Below, in pieces: positions 47,211 through 59,810 of a stretch of 64,000 nucleotides of DNA. The position numbers were made by a program, and so were the translations under genes. The stretch lies in assembly GCA_048013815.1 (NCBI GenBank), contig CM106585.1:20150001-20214000 (forward strand). The letters are read 5' to 3'. The notes below the pieces were generated by a model. That model had not been told where the DNA came from and did no database searches. It saw nothing but the letters and a program-made list of their open reading frames with translations. How positions within the stretch are numbered: position 1 is the first letter of the stretch; each line of letters opens with the position of its first letter. The stretch comes from Setoptus koraiensis. Lineage: Eukaryota; Animalia; Arthropoda.

Positions 47211-48919
47211 AAGACACCGCGGCGACAAAAAGGCCAACAATAACAGATTGTTGGTCGCTGGCAATTGTTTGCCGTTGTTAGCGGGCCGTTTAGCGGGCCG
47301 CCGCCAGGGCGCATAACATTAGCGACGGTGGCGCCAATAGGAAACAGCAGGCTAACCTTGAAGTGTAAGCGAGCGTCATTACTTTGCACGGGCTGCCGTG
47401 CCCGCGTTGCCGAGATTGTTTGTTGCATCAGCCTCGTGGCATCGTCCTATGCGCCGCCAATAGTTACGCAATACGCGCAGCCAGCGGATTGTGTGTTGGT
47501 GCAACTCGCATTGTGTTGGCTACCTAAACGCTGTTACGCAATGAATCCATCACACACACACGCACACGGCGCACGCACGCACGCACTCACCAACAAACTG
47601 GGGCCCGGTTAGCGGGGCCCCAGCGAGCGGGGCCCCGGCGCGCTGCCGCATCCGCGCCAGCAAGCCTTCGATGAGCACGGCACACAATCCGAACAAAACA
47701 ATAACATCTGGCTTCAGGTTGCATTCATGCATGTGAGGCTGCTGTGTCGACGCTGGCTGCTCGGCACTCGGGGCCCCAGTCGCCCCAGCCCGACAAAATG
47801 CACCGACAAACGGCAACGGCATCGCGTAACCGGCTTAAATGGCCAGCCAGTCTGCGCGACAATGCAGCTCGGGCGCGGGATAAGCCCCATCCAAGGCCCG
47901 CAACAAGCGCCAGACTAAGTAGCCATCGGATACGGCGCTCGGTGCCCGCAGTCCGGGGCACGGCCGCGCCAAATCTGGGCCGCACCGCTGTCGTGGCGCT
48001 GCAGTCGGCCCGGCCCGGCCGCCCAAGATGTGCCCGTCGGTCACATCCGCGAGCCAGACGCCGTCTAGTGGGCAGATTGGCCGCCCACTGTTGTTATATC
48101 CAATCGTTGGCGAGTCGCATCACAAGTTTGTAATGAGGCCCGTGCAGCCTCATTACTGGCCGGCTCAGGGGCGTCTGCGCCGCGCTGCGGCCAGCAACGG
48201 CGACACTGTCGCTAATTGAGCGATGGGCGGACACGATTCATCATTCGCGAACCGCCGATCCCGAATCGCCGATCGCGAACCGGTTTTCGAAGCGGCCGCA
48301 TCCCCCATTCACCTGGCCAGTGGCCGCTCATACCTGGCTGCGTGTCACATCGGGATATTCGCGGGTGGCAGCGACGCGGCAGCGCGTTTGCGGCGGCGAC
48401 CCAGCAGAAATGGGCTCAGAAATAAACCGCTTCCTGCCATTGCCGCTATTGTCGCCACTGTCGCCATTTTCGCACGGCAAAAACGGTAAAAATGGTCGTT
48501 TATGCTCGCCGCAGAGTGGCGCAAACACCCGAATCTTGGAGCCCGCAATTGTCGGCGCGCGCTTTTTAGCCCCGCTGTGGCGCGCCCTGATTGCGTCAGA
48601 ATTGGTTGCACCGAGCCGATAAAGGTGCATAGCGCCCTCTTCAAACTGACCTGTCCGATGCAACTTTCTAATAGAAAGTTTCTATCGACTGTCATGATGA
48701 TGAAAAGGCCAATGATGAGCGCAAACAATGCCCAACGCTCCGCCAGCAACGATACCCGGCCGCCCCGTCCTGTAGCCGGATGCCCGACGCATGTCGCATA
48801 TCTGGACATAGTATAGACATATATAGACATGTATAGACAGCATATGGACAGGATGTAGGCGCAGCCGTGTCTGGGTATGTTGCCAACATGGTGTTGGGCT
48901 CGCTTACGCGCAGGTGGGG

Positions 48920-48985
48920 CCCGACATGAACCCGATACATGCCCGATACATGCCCAATACAGACCCAATACATACCCAATACACA
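48920..48985. repeat. 11-mer minisatellite CCC(G/A)ATACA.. x6
   Basis: Directly visible. Confidence 0.85.
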
Positions 48986-49157
48986 CAAAATGCACCCCGA
49001 ATGCCCCCAATGTAGCGGCCAAATGTACCACGCACGTATCATAGTGTGGCGGTGGTGCGAATTTGGGTGCTGCTATCGAGTCGACAGTACCGACTATTGT
49101 TACGGTATTGCGACTCAAAATTTGCGCCCCGATAGTCACGCCTGCCCCGTGTCGCAC

Positions 49158-49233
49158 GGGCCCCGTCGCCAGTAGCGAGTGCAGCAATGGAGCCCCGACG
49201 CCAGTAGCGAGTGCAGCGATGGGGCCCCGTCGC
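49158..49233. repeat. ~32-bp direct repeat x2.4 (GGGCCCCGTCGCCAGTAGCGAGTGCAGCAAT)
   Basis: Directly visible. Confidence 0.85.
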
Positions 49234-50266
49234 GGTTGTCTGGCGAACGAGCGATTTTTTGGTGGCGCGCGCACCGGAATGTGTGCGCACAAGAATGATG
49301 CGCGGCGCGGCGCACCACAACACATCGCGGGCCCCATCTCGCTGCAGCACGTGCAATTGGCGCGCGTGCTACGTGGCGCGACGCGCCAGCACTCGACTGG
49401 GCGCCACTTGCGTTGTCAAGACAGTCAGACTTGGACCTAGCGGACGGAGCTTGATTTAGATTTGTAGCGATACAAACGAGTCTCATTAGTGTTGTGCAGT
49501 GTCATTTAAGCGTGTGCCCCTCAAGTGCGTATGCAATTGAACAGCGAGCAAGCGATATATAAAGAGCAATATATAAAGAGAGAGATATAAAGAGAGAGAT
49601 ATAAAGAGAGAGATTGAACGGGGCCCCAAGTCAGGAAGTTGCGTCGTGTAGTGGTCGTGGCGGCGGCGGTTGTCAAGTTGTTGATGCTGTTGTTGCGTAA
49701 TAAACAGTTAGCTTACAGTTAGTTACACTCAGTAAATAATAGTTGTCAAGACGCGAGCAAAAAGAAGAAGAAGAAAAAAATAGTTGTGGTAGCTTGTTTG
49801 CTCTTGTATCGCCGATGATTGAGTTGGGCCCAGCTTGCCAGGGCGCCCCAATGTGATGTTGCCAGTTAAGTCTAGTTAACAAGCAAACAATTGAGCAGTA
49901 TCAATTAGCAGCACTCGACACTCGACATTATAACTGGCGATAACGGGCGCCGATAGTTGTTGTTGTTGCGCAACATTCGGGGCCTCTTCACCTGCTAGCC
50001 AGTTGGTGTGAGCCGTTGCTAGCGGCCGGCTGCTGAAGTAATCGCGACACATACACACTCATTACGTAACAGTACAAACAAGAGAGCGAACAACAAACAA
50101 ACAAACAAACAAACAAACGAACAAACAAACGATCATCGCGCGCGCATCATCGCCCGTTATTACGTAATCAAACCTGACTAAACGACTCTCATCTGGCGCT
50201 ACTGGCAGCAAGTGCCATTCACTGACGTGCCATAATTGGCGCCACCCCTGGCCGCGAGCCCGTCAA

Positions 50267-50330
50267 CCGAGCAACCGAACAACCAAATAACCGAGCAACC
50301 GAGCAACCGAATAACCGAATAACCGAATAA
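50267..50330. repeat. 8-mer minisatellite CCGA(G/A)(C/T)AA x8
   Basis: Directly visible. Confidence 0.9.
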
Positions 50331-50941
50331 CGGTACAATTGTGTAATTGTATAATTGAGTGATTGCGTAATTGTGAACGCAATGATAACGGTGCACGAAT
50401 AACAACAACAACAAACGACAAGCAAGACACAGCGAGCGAGCAAACAAACAAACTATCACCGGACTGCCACTAATGATGGCCATCTAAAGTGGCGACAAGT
50501 TGACAGTTGCGACACGGCCTCCTCGGCACATGTTGCGTAATACTCTTATTGATCACACCATTGCGTTACATCATCACACCAATTCATTATCACAAGTTGA
50601 TTGAGTTGTGGCCAAGTGTTGAAAGTGCACGCCGGACCGGCGAGCAGGCCACCTACCGGCCGTATCATTACATACAGTGAAGCATATAAACCAGCTCGCG
50701 TAAACGGCCAGCCAGAAATCGGACGTGCCAAACAAGTTGCAACAAACGCGCGCCAACATACGCAAAATCGCCCCTGAATTTCACAAAGCATCTAAAATCT
50801 GCAAAAAAAAAAAATTAAATAAACCGCGCTAGACAGCCATCATTTTCGCCCCCACCCCCCAAACTGGGTAAGTCGAGCCGGCCAAGATTGCGCCCCCTCA
50901 ACAGCAGCCCCAACTTGGGGCCCCAAGTACTCATTAATACT

Positions 50942-50943
<2 letters not shown>

Positions 50944-51013
<70 letters not shown>
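50944..51013. repeat. (CA)~35 microsatellite
   Basis: Directly visible. Confidence 0.95.
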
Positions 51014-51015
<2 letters not shown>

Positions 51016-51220
51016 ACGGGCCCATTCTTTCCCAAAGAGCAAGTGCACGCCAGACGGAAAACCCTGACTCAGGGTCCCTGAGTAAGCTGATATAGTGAAT
51101 ATACTGATATGCAACTTGCATAATGCAAGCCGCACAAGGGCGACCGAAGGGGATCCGTGGCTCGCAAGCATGTTTGCATTTTTGTATGTTTGCACGCTCG
51201 GATATTCGAGTGCTCACATG

Positions 51221-51308
51221 TTCGGATGTTCGGATGTTCGGATATTCGGATGTTCGGATATTCGGATATTCGGATATTCGGATATTCGGATGTTCGGATG
51301 TTCGCATG
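51221..51308. repeat. 8-mer minisatellite TTCGGAT(A/G) x11
   Basis: Directly visible. Confidence 0.92.
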
Positions 51309-53156
51309 TTTGTGCGGGGGATCGCGCCGGCAGCAGGTCGTCGGCCGGCCCCAATCGTATGCATGAGGTCAGCCCAATTAAGCCACCATTAATTAGGCTG
51401 CCGCCCACCAACTTGCGCGCCAAAACGAGCGGCGAGCTCAACGGCGAGCCTGATCTGCGTCTTGGCGCTTGCAAAAAACAGGGCGCCCCTCACATAATTG
51501 GCCCCCGATTCTTGAGCGCGCCGCACGCCAGCGCTAATCCGCGCCGGGCCCCTCGGCTCGAGATCTATAATGGAGATAATCGTGAGATAACAATCTAACG
51601 CACTCCAAGTCACAGTCTCTAACTGTTGGAGTCAAACAGAAAACTTTGCGCTCGGATCACATACTCGCCGGAGCAAGCAAACGAGACAGGCCGCCTAGCG
51701 TCGCCGCGACGGGCCCCAGTTCGAGCGAAATTTCTCTCTCTCTCTCTCGCTCATCCAGTCAATGGCAGCAGCCCACTGACTAAATGGCAACTGGCTAACT
51801 GGCATTGTAAGCTGAAATAGCTGTCTTACCAACTGTCAGTGGCTGGCCAGCGATGCGCGCGCCCCCCTTGCCGTCGGTTGTTGGGCTTCTGGCCGGCCCG
51901 CCACGCAGCTGGGCGGCCTCGGTCGGGCCGGCTCGGCGCGCGCAAACAAACTGTAATTATGTCTGGCTGGCGATAAGACATAATAAGTGTGACTCCGGGC
52001 CACACACGCACTCCAACAATTTCGACACTGTGTTGGGGCCCCCTTTTTCCGTGCCTTCGTTGCGATCTTTCCACGGTTTTGTCCGCGATCTTGCCACGCT
52101 TTTGTTGGCCATTTTTCCAGTCTGCATGCTGTTGTGTCGTCATCTTTGTGTCGCGCTGGCTGCACTGAATTCTCGGAATTAGTGCAGCGATGTCCACTAG
52201 TTACGACGCTGACTGGCACTGGATCATGAAATGAAATTATCACGAAAATACCCCGAAAATGGCCCGATAAACGCGCCAGCGGCCTGACAGGAAAACGCCC
52301 CTGTAACACGTGATGTTAACAGTCCCGCTCGCCGGCGCGGTCGCCCGGTGAGCGAGACCAGACAGGCGACCGCGCCACAGTGAGACAAAAAAGCAAACTG
52401 TGTTTGTGAATAAAACCGAATAGAAAGATCGCAACCGGAATAGAGCGGCGAAAACCCCGCGCCGCATCAATCCGGATCACGGAACTCGGGCGCGCTTGTT
52501 TTTTGCCGGCTCTTCACGGTGAAAAACAACCGAAACACAAATCCGTGCCCAATACCAACAACAGGGTACGGCGCCAGCGAATTGGACAGGGGCCCCGTTG
52601 CCGTTGTAGCTGTCACTGGTGTGTCTGGCCGGTTGTCATTCACGGTCATTTTCATTATTTTATTTGGCCGGCTTATGATTGTTTGGCAAGCTGACCAGTG
52701 AAGTGTGCTGGCCGCCAGCTCGCCAATGGACCGGGCCTTGATAGACTGGCGCCGGGCCCCAATAGGCTGGCAGCGGGCGACGGGTAGCGGAGGCGGATCG
52801 CGCACTCGATTGCCGACGGGCCAGCGCTTCCGCCCCGAGATAACTCGCCAGCGGACTGGCTGGCGCACCGGCCAACGGAAGTGGCCGCAGTGGATGGCCA
52901 TTACGACCATCATGAGTGCATATATATTATCCGCCGGCTTATTTGTACTGGCTGTTTGGTCGGCGCGAGGGGACCATTTCGGCGTAACGTTGTTACGAGA
53001 TAAGACGCGCCGGACAATAAACATTTGGCGCCGCTGTCGCCGGCCAGCGCACAATATTGGTCACTGAAAGTTTCGCCCCCTGTCGCTGGCCGGTGCAAAA
53101 GAGACAACTGGCTCGAGATTTTCGGGCCGCGGTTACACTGGCGCCGGGCCGCCCGA

Positions 53157-53260
53157 CCGAGACACCGAGCGACCGAGACACCGAGACACCGAGACACCGA
53201 GACACCGAGACACCGAGACACCGAGACACCGAGCGACCGAGACACCGAGCGACCGAGGCA
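53157..53260. repeat. 8-mer minisatellite CCGAG(ACA/CGA) x13
   Basis: Directly visible. Confidence 0.92.
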
Positions 53261-54239
53261 GCGAGCGCCCGAGAAAACAATAAACATCCACGGCCGTACG
53301 CGCCGGCGACCATTAGACGCCAAACAGAGACAGCGGCGCTAAATATTGTCCTTGGCGGCCCGCGTGAAGTCCGGCGCGACACATAATCAGACTGTCACGA
53401 CACGAGTGGACAGGATGAGACGCGGCCGGACAGGGCGAAACGCGACGCCAGCCCAGAGATAAAACAGACAGAGCAAGGGGAGCCCGGCAGACGGGGGGAC
53501 GTGTTAATACGCTTGCGACACACGTATCACGTAATTTTGACAGGCCGCCCTGGCGGCCGCCAGCACGCGACGGGCCGGCGAAACGCGACGGACAGAAATT
53601 CTTAGAATCCGCAAATAGTGGCCGTAGGAGCCCGTATTGTGGTACTGTTGCACCGCGCACCGTTATCGTTTTGATTCTAATCAAATCGCGCGCCCCCTCG
53701 GCCCGGCCATGATATATTGCTCAACAATGTAGGTCATTTTGGCTGGCCGGTTGTCTGTCTCAAGCGAGTGCAAACTCGCCAAGACTCCAAACAACGACGC
53801 CCCATCGAGCGCACGAGCCCTCGGATGACAAACTTGCGTGCCGCTCCATTGTCGCGCTTGTACGGACATGTCGGGCCGGTTTAGCGTGGGGCCACTCACG
53901 GCCAGCGAGCTGCAAACACTTGTCGCTTTGGGGACACTCGTCGACAACTTGACAATGCCGCTCGCCAGCGAAACTGGCCACTACTACTGGTTCGCTAAAT
54001 GCACACTATGGACAGCGCCGGTTTATCTGTCGCGAAAATAGATAAACTGTGCCCGTGGCTAGACCCGTCCACTATGGCGCCGGCCCGAACAGGCTGGCGG
54101 ACAGAGAAAAAAAGATTAGTTGTGCCATAGTTCACAGGGCGAGCACTTAATGTGCTTATGGGGCCCGGCCGCGTTAACGGTGCTCCAGTGGCGCCGTTAT
54201 GATGCGGTCACTCAGCAATTTAAGTGGCGCGCTCGGGCC

Positions 54240-54378
54240 GGAGACATTTTCGGGTGGGAGGCATTTTCGGGGGAGAGACATTTTCGGGAGAGACACATTT
54301 TCGGGGAGAAAGACATTTTCGAGCGGGAGACATTTTCGGGGAGAGGCAACTTCGAGCGAGAGACAGTTTCGGGGGAGA
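54240..54378. repeat. ~17-mer minisatellite GAGACATTTTCGGG(G) x~8
   Basis: Directly visible, degenerate toward the right. Confidence 0.85.
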
Positions 54379-54749
54379 GAGAGGGAGGCAAAAAAGGGGC
54401 CCCTCTCGAGTGGCCCTCTAAATTCGCAGCGTGGCTTTTAAACTTTGGCCGGAATTCGCCCTTGACACTCTCGCGCTGTGCGGCTCCCAAACCGACAAAC
54501 CAACCAACCACCCGCAGTTGGCCCAAACTCGACACAGAGAATGTCCCCAGAAAGAACGTCCCCCACTGAGGGGGCTCGCCGCGTCCATTATCGCAAGATT
54601 GGGGCCCAACAACAATGATGGTCGGGTCATTCTGGCGATGAGTGCAGGTAGTGGGCGTAGGTGAGCGCGAGGGTTTTTGCATTGAAAACACCATTATGAT
54701 GAATGGGGCTCTCATGAAGAAAATAGAATTTAAGCCGGCAAATTGAGTT

Positions 54750-57700
54750 TATCGGATAGTGGCGCTTAGGGACTTTTCGGCGAAAAGTTTTCGCGTTTCA
54801 AATAGCGAGTTTGGCCGATCTGGCCACCAACGTTTGGCGCCTCTGAGTGAAATGCGCTCCTAAGCGTCCGAAGGAGATGTTTCGACCAGTGCCAACAGGA
54901 CAAACAGGCCTTTGTCACGAGGGGTCCATCTGAAATTTTGCGCCAACATTTTCGCCACTTATTTGTCAACTCAATTAGATAGGTGACGCTTCGGAGCTTC
55001 GTTCTATCCGGGCCCAGTCGAAATGGAAAACGCGAGCAAGAAATAGGCGAGACGGCCCACTGGGCGCCACTGGTCGACAGCACCTCTCTCTCTCTCTCTC
55101 GAGATGTATTCTATTGTCCGAAAACTTTCAAACACTTAGCTCGAACACCGAGTACATTGTGCAAGAGTGCACCGAAACCGAAAATGGGCGCCCTCCGTCG
55201 CCGGGATCGATGTTTGAGCAGCACATCGTGCTGAGTGTAAGTTTGTCGATGATTGTGCCCCAATTGTGCGGCCTCGACTGGCCCCATTGAGGGGCGAAAC
55301 AATGCTGACCACACCGCAGCGCAGTCGACGAGAAACAAACCGGCCGAAAATATCCGCGCTGTCGAACTGGGTTCGAAGGCACGTCGCACAGTCGCTTCCG
55401 ATTTGCGACTCACACAATTCAGCGAATTCTTTGAAACGTCGCGCAAAGTTTTCCAAGAAATACGCTGGCCAAGCATCAAAACTCCAGCGGTCATTGTTTT
55501 ATTTTTCACTGAACGCTCTCGCCTTGGTGGCCCCAATCAGTTTGAATGCCATATCTCACTGTTGGCCGCCAGCAGTGCCAGTGGTGCCCACTAGCGATTG
55601 TATTTAACAGTTACGTAATGTAGCACACTGGCTCACTAATGGCCCATGAACAACCCAGACGACAGCCACAAACGCACCAGCGGAGCCACACTGACCATGG
55701 AAATAGCTGCACTGGCGAGCCCTCGTTGGGCCTCATATATTCTTTGTTTGTTGGAAATATTCTTCTTGCAATTGTTGGCAAGTTTTGGCCGGGGCTCAAT
55801 AGTATTATTGGCCGCTCCAGTATCGCCGCCACTGTCGACATGGGTCAAGTTATCTTCGGTCGCTCAGGACGCCAAACACTAAATGATGTAGACTGTGCCC
55901 GAGTGCCAAGACTCGATTCAAACAAATGTTGTACAATTTGTCATGGTGAGCGGCCCTCTAAATCAGATTGTTGCCCAAAGATAATCAATCAGCTACTTGT
56001 GATGCTAGCCCAACGAACCGGTGGTTGGTTCGTAGGCCGCCTCACAGCGTAAAACTCTTGAATTCAGCGGCTGAAATGTAGCAAAACGATTGCAAAATAT
56101 ATGAGCCACTAGCTGTGACCATTTCCATCGCTCGCTCTCTCGTCAACACGATATCATCTGATGCGCGATTGCGGCAACTTAGATAACGGTTGACCTTTTG
56201 CCTGACTGGCCCATTGCACGAAAAGATCCTATCGGAAATTCAATCCATAATGCAAATACACGAAACTTATCTAGATTACAAGACTCGCCACATCGGCCGA
56301 GCTCTACAATGCAGAGCCTACATGAGATTTCCGATAAGAGAGCGTTCGCAACCAAATCCCGTTCGATCATCACAATATCAATTGGAAATTGAATCTTGGC
56401 CCATCGACCAAAAACCCCGAACCTCAAGCTCTGAGGCCCATGTTCGAATACATAATGCTTGAGGTTGTTTGCAACATGGCTGCTGCAACCAAAATGACGA
56501 GAATGCTTATTTTTGTGGACGCAGTTCAAAAATCAACCAGAAGATCCACGATGGACGATTCATTCATAAGAGTGCTTTGCATATGCACCACTGTTCGGTT
56601 GCAGCGTTTAGCCTGGAAAAGAATCATATTTCAGTTTATAAATATCTTGAAAAAGCCCTTTTATCGCTGCCTCTATTCTAGATAAATCTGGATAAAACAG
56701 GAGAAGAGGTTTGCGTACGAAAAAATGAACAGCGAAATTTCCACAACTGAATGACCGATTTTTTCCTCAAACGACTTCCGGATTCCTTGATACTGGCTAT
56801 CATTTTTGACAACATTGGCGTTTTTTTTTTCATCTGTCCTTCTGTCTCGTACGCAGAACCAAAAAACAAGAGTTGCGACAATTTGATATCGTCGACGAGA
56901 GGCGAACTCCGACATGCAGTATCCAGCGAACAAGCGGCGAAAAGGAGCTCATGACTTGGGGGCTCCAAGTGGGAGCTTGGCGTATCTTGTGAAAAGTCTC
57001 AATGGCTTACGATAAATCATTCGGAGTTGCTCCACAGGCTTGGATGCTTTCACAAAAAAAAATCCCGAACTGGTGGAGGCTCGGTTTTCGCCCGATGACT
57101 GGCTGAAAAAAACTTGTCTACTAAAAAACAAATCACTTCTAAAAATAGCTGCTGATCAATTTGCCGTTGATCAAAATGCGCGCATTGGATAGCTTTAATC
57201 GCCCGGCTTTAGCGAGAGGGTTTAAAACACAATTTGCTATAAATCAGAATCTGATTTAAATCGCACGAATGGCAGGAATGATTTCAATCGTGGTTTCAAC
57301 TCGGTGTAGATCATCATATCCATGACGCCTGAAAACCATGATTTAGAACATTTCTGTTGCCGCTTTAGTTGATCATCAATAAGAAATGGTTTGGTTTCGC
57401 GTCGCCGACTAGAAATTTCGATGAAAAATCTCTCCAATGCGACATTTATCCGCTCTTGATTTTTCAACTCATTTCGCGGATAATTGGTATACAATTTGCT
57501 GAGCTGGATATCCTTGGAATCGGCTTACATGTATATCGAAGCGCAGTAATTTGGGGAGGATCCAACAAAATGTGAGACATTGCAACAGTATCGACAGTTG
57601 AATTGATTCAGATTTAGTTGATTCAGTCCACCAAATGGGTATTTTTGAATTGCCGAAGTGCCGTCTTGTCACGCCGAGTGGTCGTCTCAGAGCGGCGCGT
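54750..57700 (-). pseudogene. Decayed coding-like island (old gene or transposon remnant, family unassigned)
   Basis: Lower GC, few microsatellites, stop-interrupted protein-like minus-strand frames (e.g. WPAYFLENFARRFKEFAELCESQIG, LFYPDLSRIEAAIKGLFQDIYKLKY, NLDKFRVFALWIEFPIGSF). Confidence 0.3.
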
Positions 57701-58065
57701 AAATTTTCAATATGACTCGAATCGATTCAACTCGGGCCTCATGGCAATTTGAGCGGTACGGCATGAAGAAGGTGAGATTTGGAAACGCGAATGGGTGCCA
57801 GTGTTAATGGGGCAAGGATAATAGCGGCGTTGATGAGGAATCGGACAGGTTAACTGGCGGGCCCCCATTGTTGGCAAGGCGAGTTGATTGATAGTAAATT
57901 GCATTGAGAGCGTAATGATGTTGCGGTGCCTTGGCCATGCAAATGAGCCGTGACCGTAACGGATCAAGGTGATAAAAAGTGAGAGCATCAATTATTTTTT
58001 TGTTTGTGCGCCTTTGTACTGTCTGGCACGGGTATAAGAACACGCCGGTCTTGGCAGCGAATCGA

Positions 58066-58146
58066 CTGCTGACGCTGGGCTATCTGATGGCCGTGGGGTA
58101 TCTGCTGGCCGTGGGGTATCTGCTGGCATTGGGGTATCTGCTGGCA
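58066..58146. repeat. 18-mer minisatellite GGGGTATCTGCTGGCCGT x~4
   Basis: Directly visible. Confidence 0.85.
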
Positions 58147-59740
58147 GCATCACTGTCATGGCATGGGCATGGCTCGGGATTATTATCCTATGCCTAATAA
58201 AACAGCCATGGGGTACATGGGGCCGCATAGTTGGGCCCGATGTTTCGCAACTCGCGAGCCGATGTTTGTTTTGTCTGACAAACAAGGCGAAAAGCCAAGA
58301 TAATCACTGCATAATCAGTTGATACAGGCGGCGTTTGTGATTGAACGTAATTCCAGTTTGCAGTATGTTGCGCTGGCCTCTTTTGTGAGGATTATTGTGG
58401 CCATTGGCCAGAAATCACACACACCCGCTGCATAATGGGGATTGACTTGTATCAAACAAGTTGTATCATACAAGTTGTGTGTGTATCCGTGGGCCTACAA
58501 CGCGAGCGCGATGTCAGCGAAAGATTTGATATACAAGCAGACTTTGGCCCCCATCCCCCCCCCAAACTGGAAACTTGCCAGGCCGCTCGCCGGGGCCCCA
58601 GTCACGGTTCTTGTGCGTCTTCTCTTCTGTTTGACAATTGCGAGCGTCCGTGGTTGTTTTGTTGTCGCCATTGTTGTCGTTGTCGGCGTTGTTGTTGTTG
58701 CCGTTGTCGGCGTTGTTGTTGTTGCCGTTGTCGGCGTTGTTGTTGCCGTTGTCGGCGTTGCTGTTGTTGGCGCTGGCTGCTGCCGTTAATAAGCACAACA
58801 CTGTCAATTGTTGGCTGGCTCACATAACTGCCAGCAATCGATCACACGCGACAATGGACAGGCCCCATGTCTCTGTCTCGATAAATAGATAGACTCGCCG
58901 GCCAGCGCCGCATGTATGCATAATATATCCGCCGATATATACACACACAATATATGCACAATGGCGTCTTCTCGCCAGTTGTGTCAGCCAGGAGTCGCTA
59001 GTTGTTGCAACAAGGCGACCGTGCAGCGGGCCCCAATCGGGCCCATCCAAACTGGATTGGTCATTGACGTGACACGCCAAGACGCCAGCGCCTGGCCGGA
59101 TAAAAACACACTCCGCCCTCCCCAATGCCCGCCCGCCCGCCCGGCTGGCTGGCTGGCTGGCGGCTCCCTGCGGCCTCTTAAATTTCGTCGTCGTCGTGTT
59201 TGCCAGATTTGCCAGATTTGCCAGATTTGCCAGATAAATAGTTGCTCAACTTACAACGCTGGATACTGTTACCACGCCGCATACTAACTACGGGCGCCAG
59301 GGGGCCTGGCTCCCCTCTCGCCGACAGTTGCGTTCTTTTTTGGGGCCCGTGGCTGGCAACGAGTGGCCAGGAGCCCCAGTTTCAGTTAGACTCGCTGCTC
59401 AATGAAGCGTTCGCCAGCGACAGTTGGCTAGACATGGGCATTAGCGCCCGCTAATTCTTTTCTGTCTGTCCCGCTCGCCCGGTGACGCCCATTCGCCCGT
59501 CGCCCCTCCCTCCCATGCTCCCACGCCGCCTAACAATGCATTTTTAGTTGGGGCACCCCGATGAAAAATCCGCTCACTTCATCCGTCGCACGCACCATTA
59601 TCCGCACCATCGCTCTCCCGGCCACATTTGGCCGGACACGCGAGCGGCCGCATTCCTGCCCGACGGAGCATTATGAGCCGGACGGGGGCAAGTTCGATTG
59701 GACGGGCTTCGCCGAGCAATATAAGCGGCCAAATATTGTT

Positions 59741-59810
59741 TCGGGCCGGCCTTTCCAGAGTCGGGCCGGCCTTTCCAGAGTCGGGCCGGCCTCTCTAGAG
59801 TCGGGCGGGC
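59741..59810. repeat. 20-mer direct repeat TCGGGCCGGCCTTTCCAGAG x3.5
   Basis: Directly visible. Confidence 0.88.

Noticed and set aside
50267-54378. Short regular repeat arrays as CRISPR
   Set aside because: No unique spacers, no cas genes, eukaryotic context.
55427-55459. POU-like LENFARRFKE
   Set aside because: The following RRIKLG..QADVG motif is absent; no homeobox WFxNRR seen in the window.
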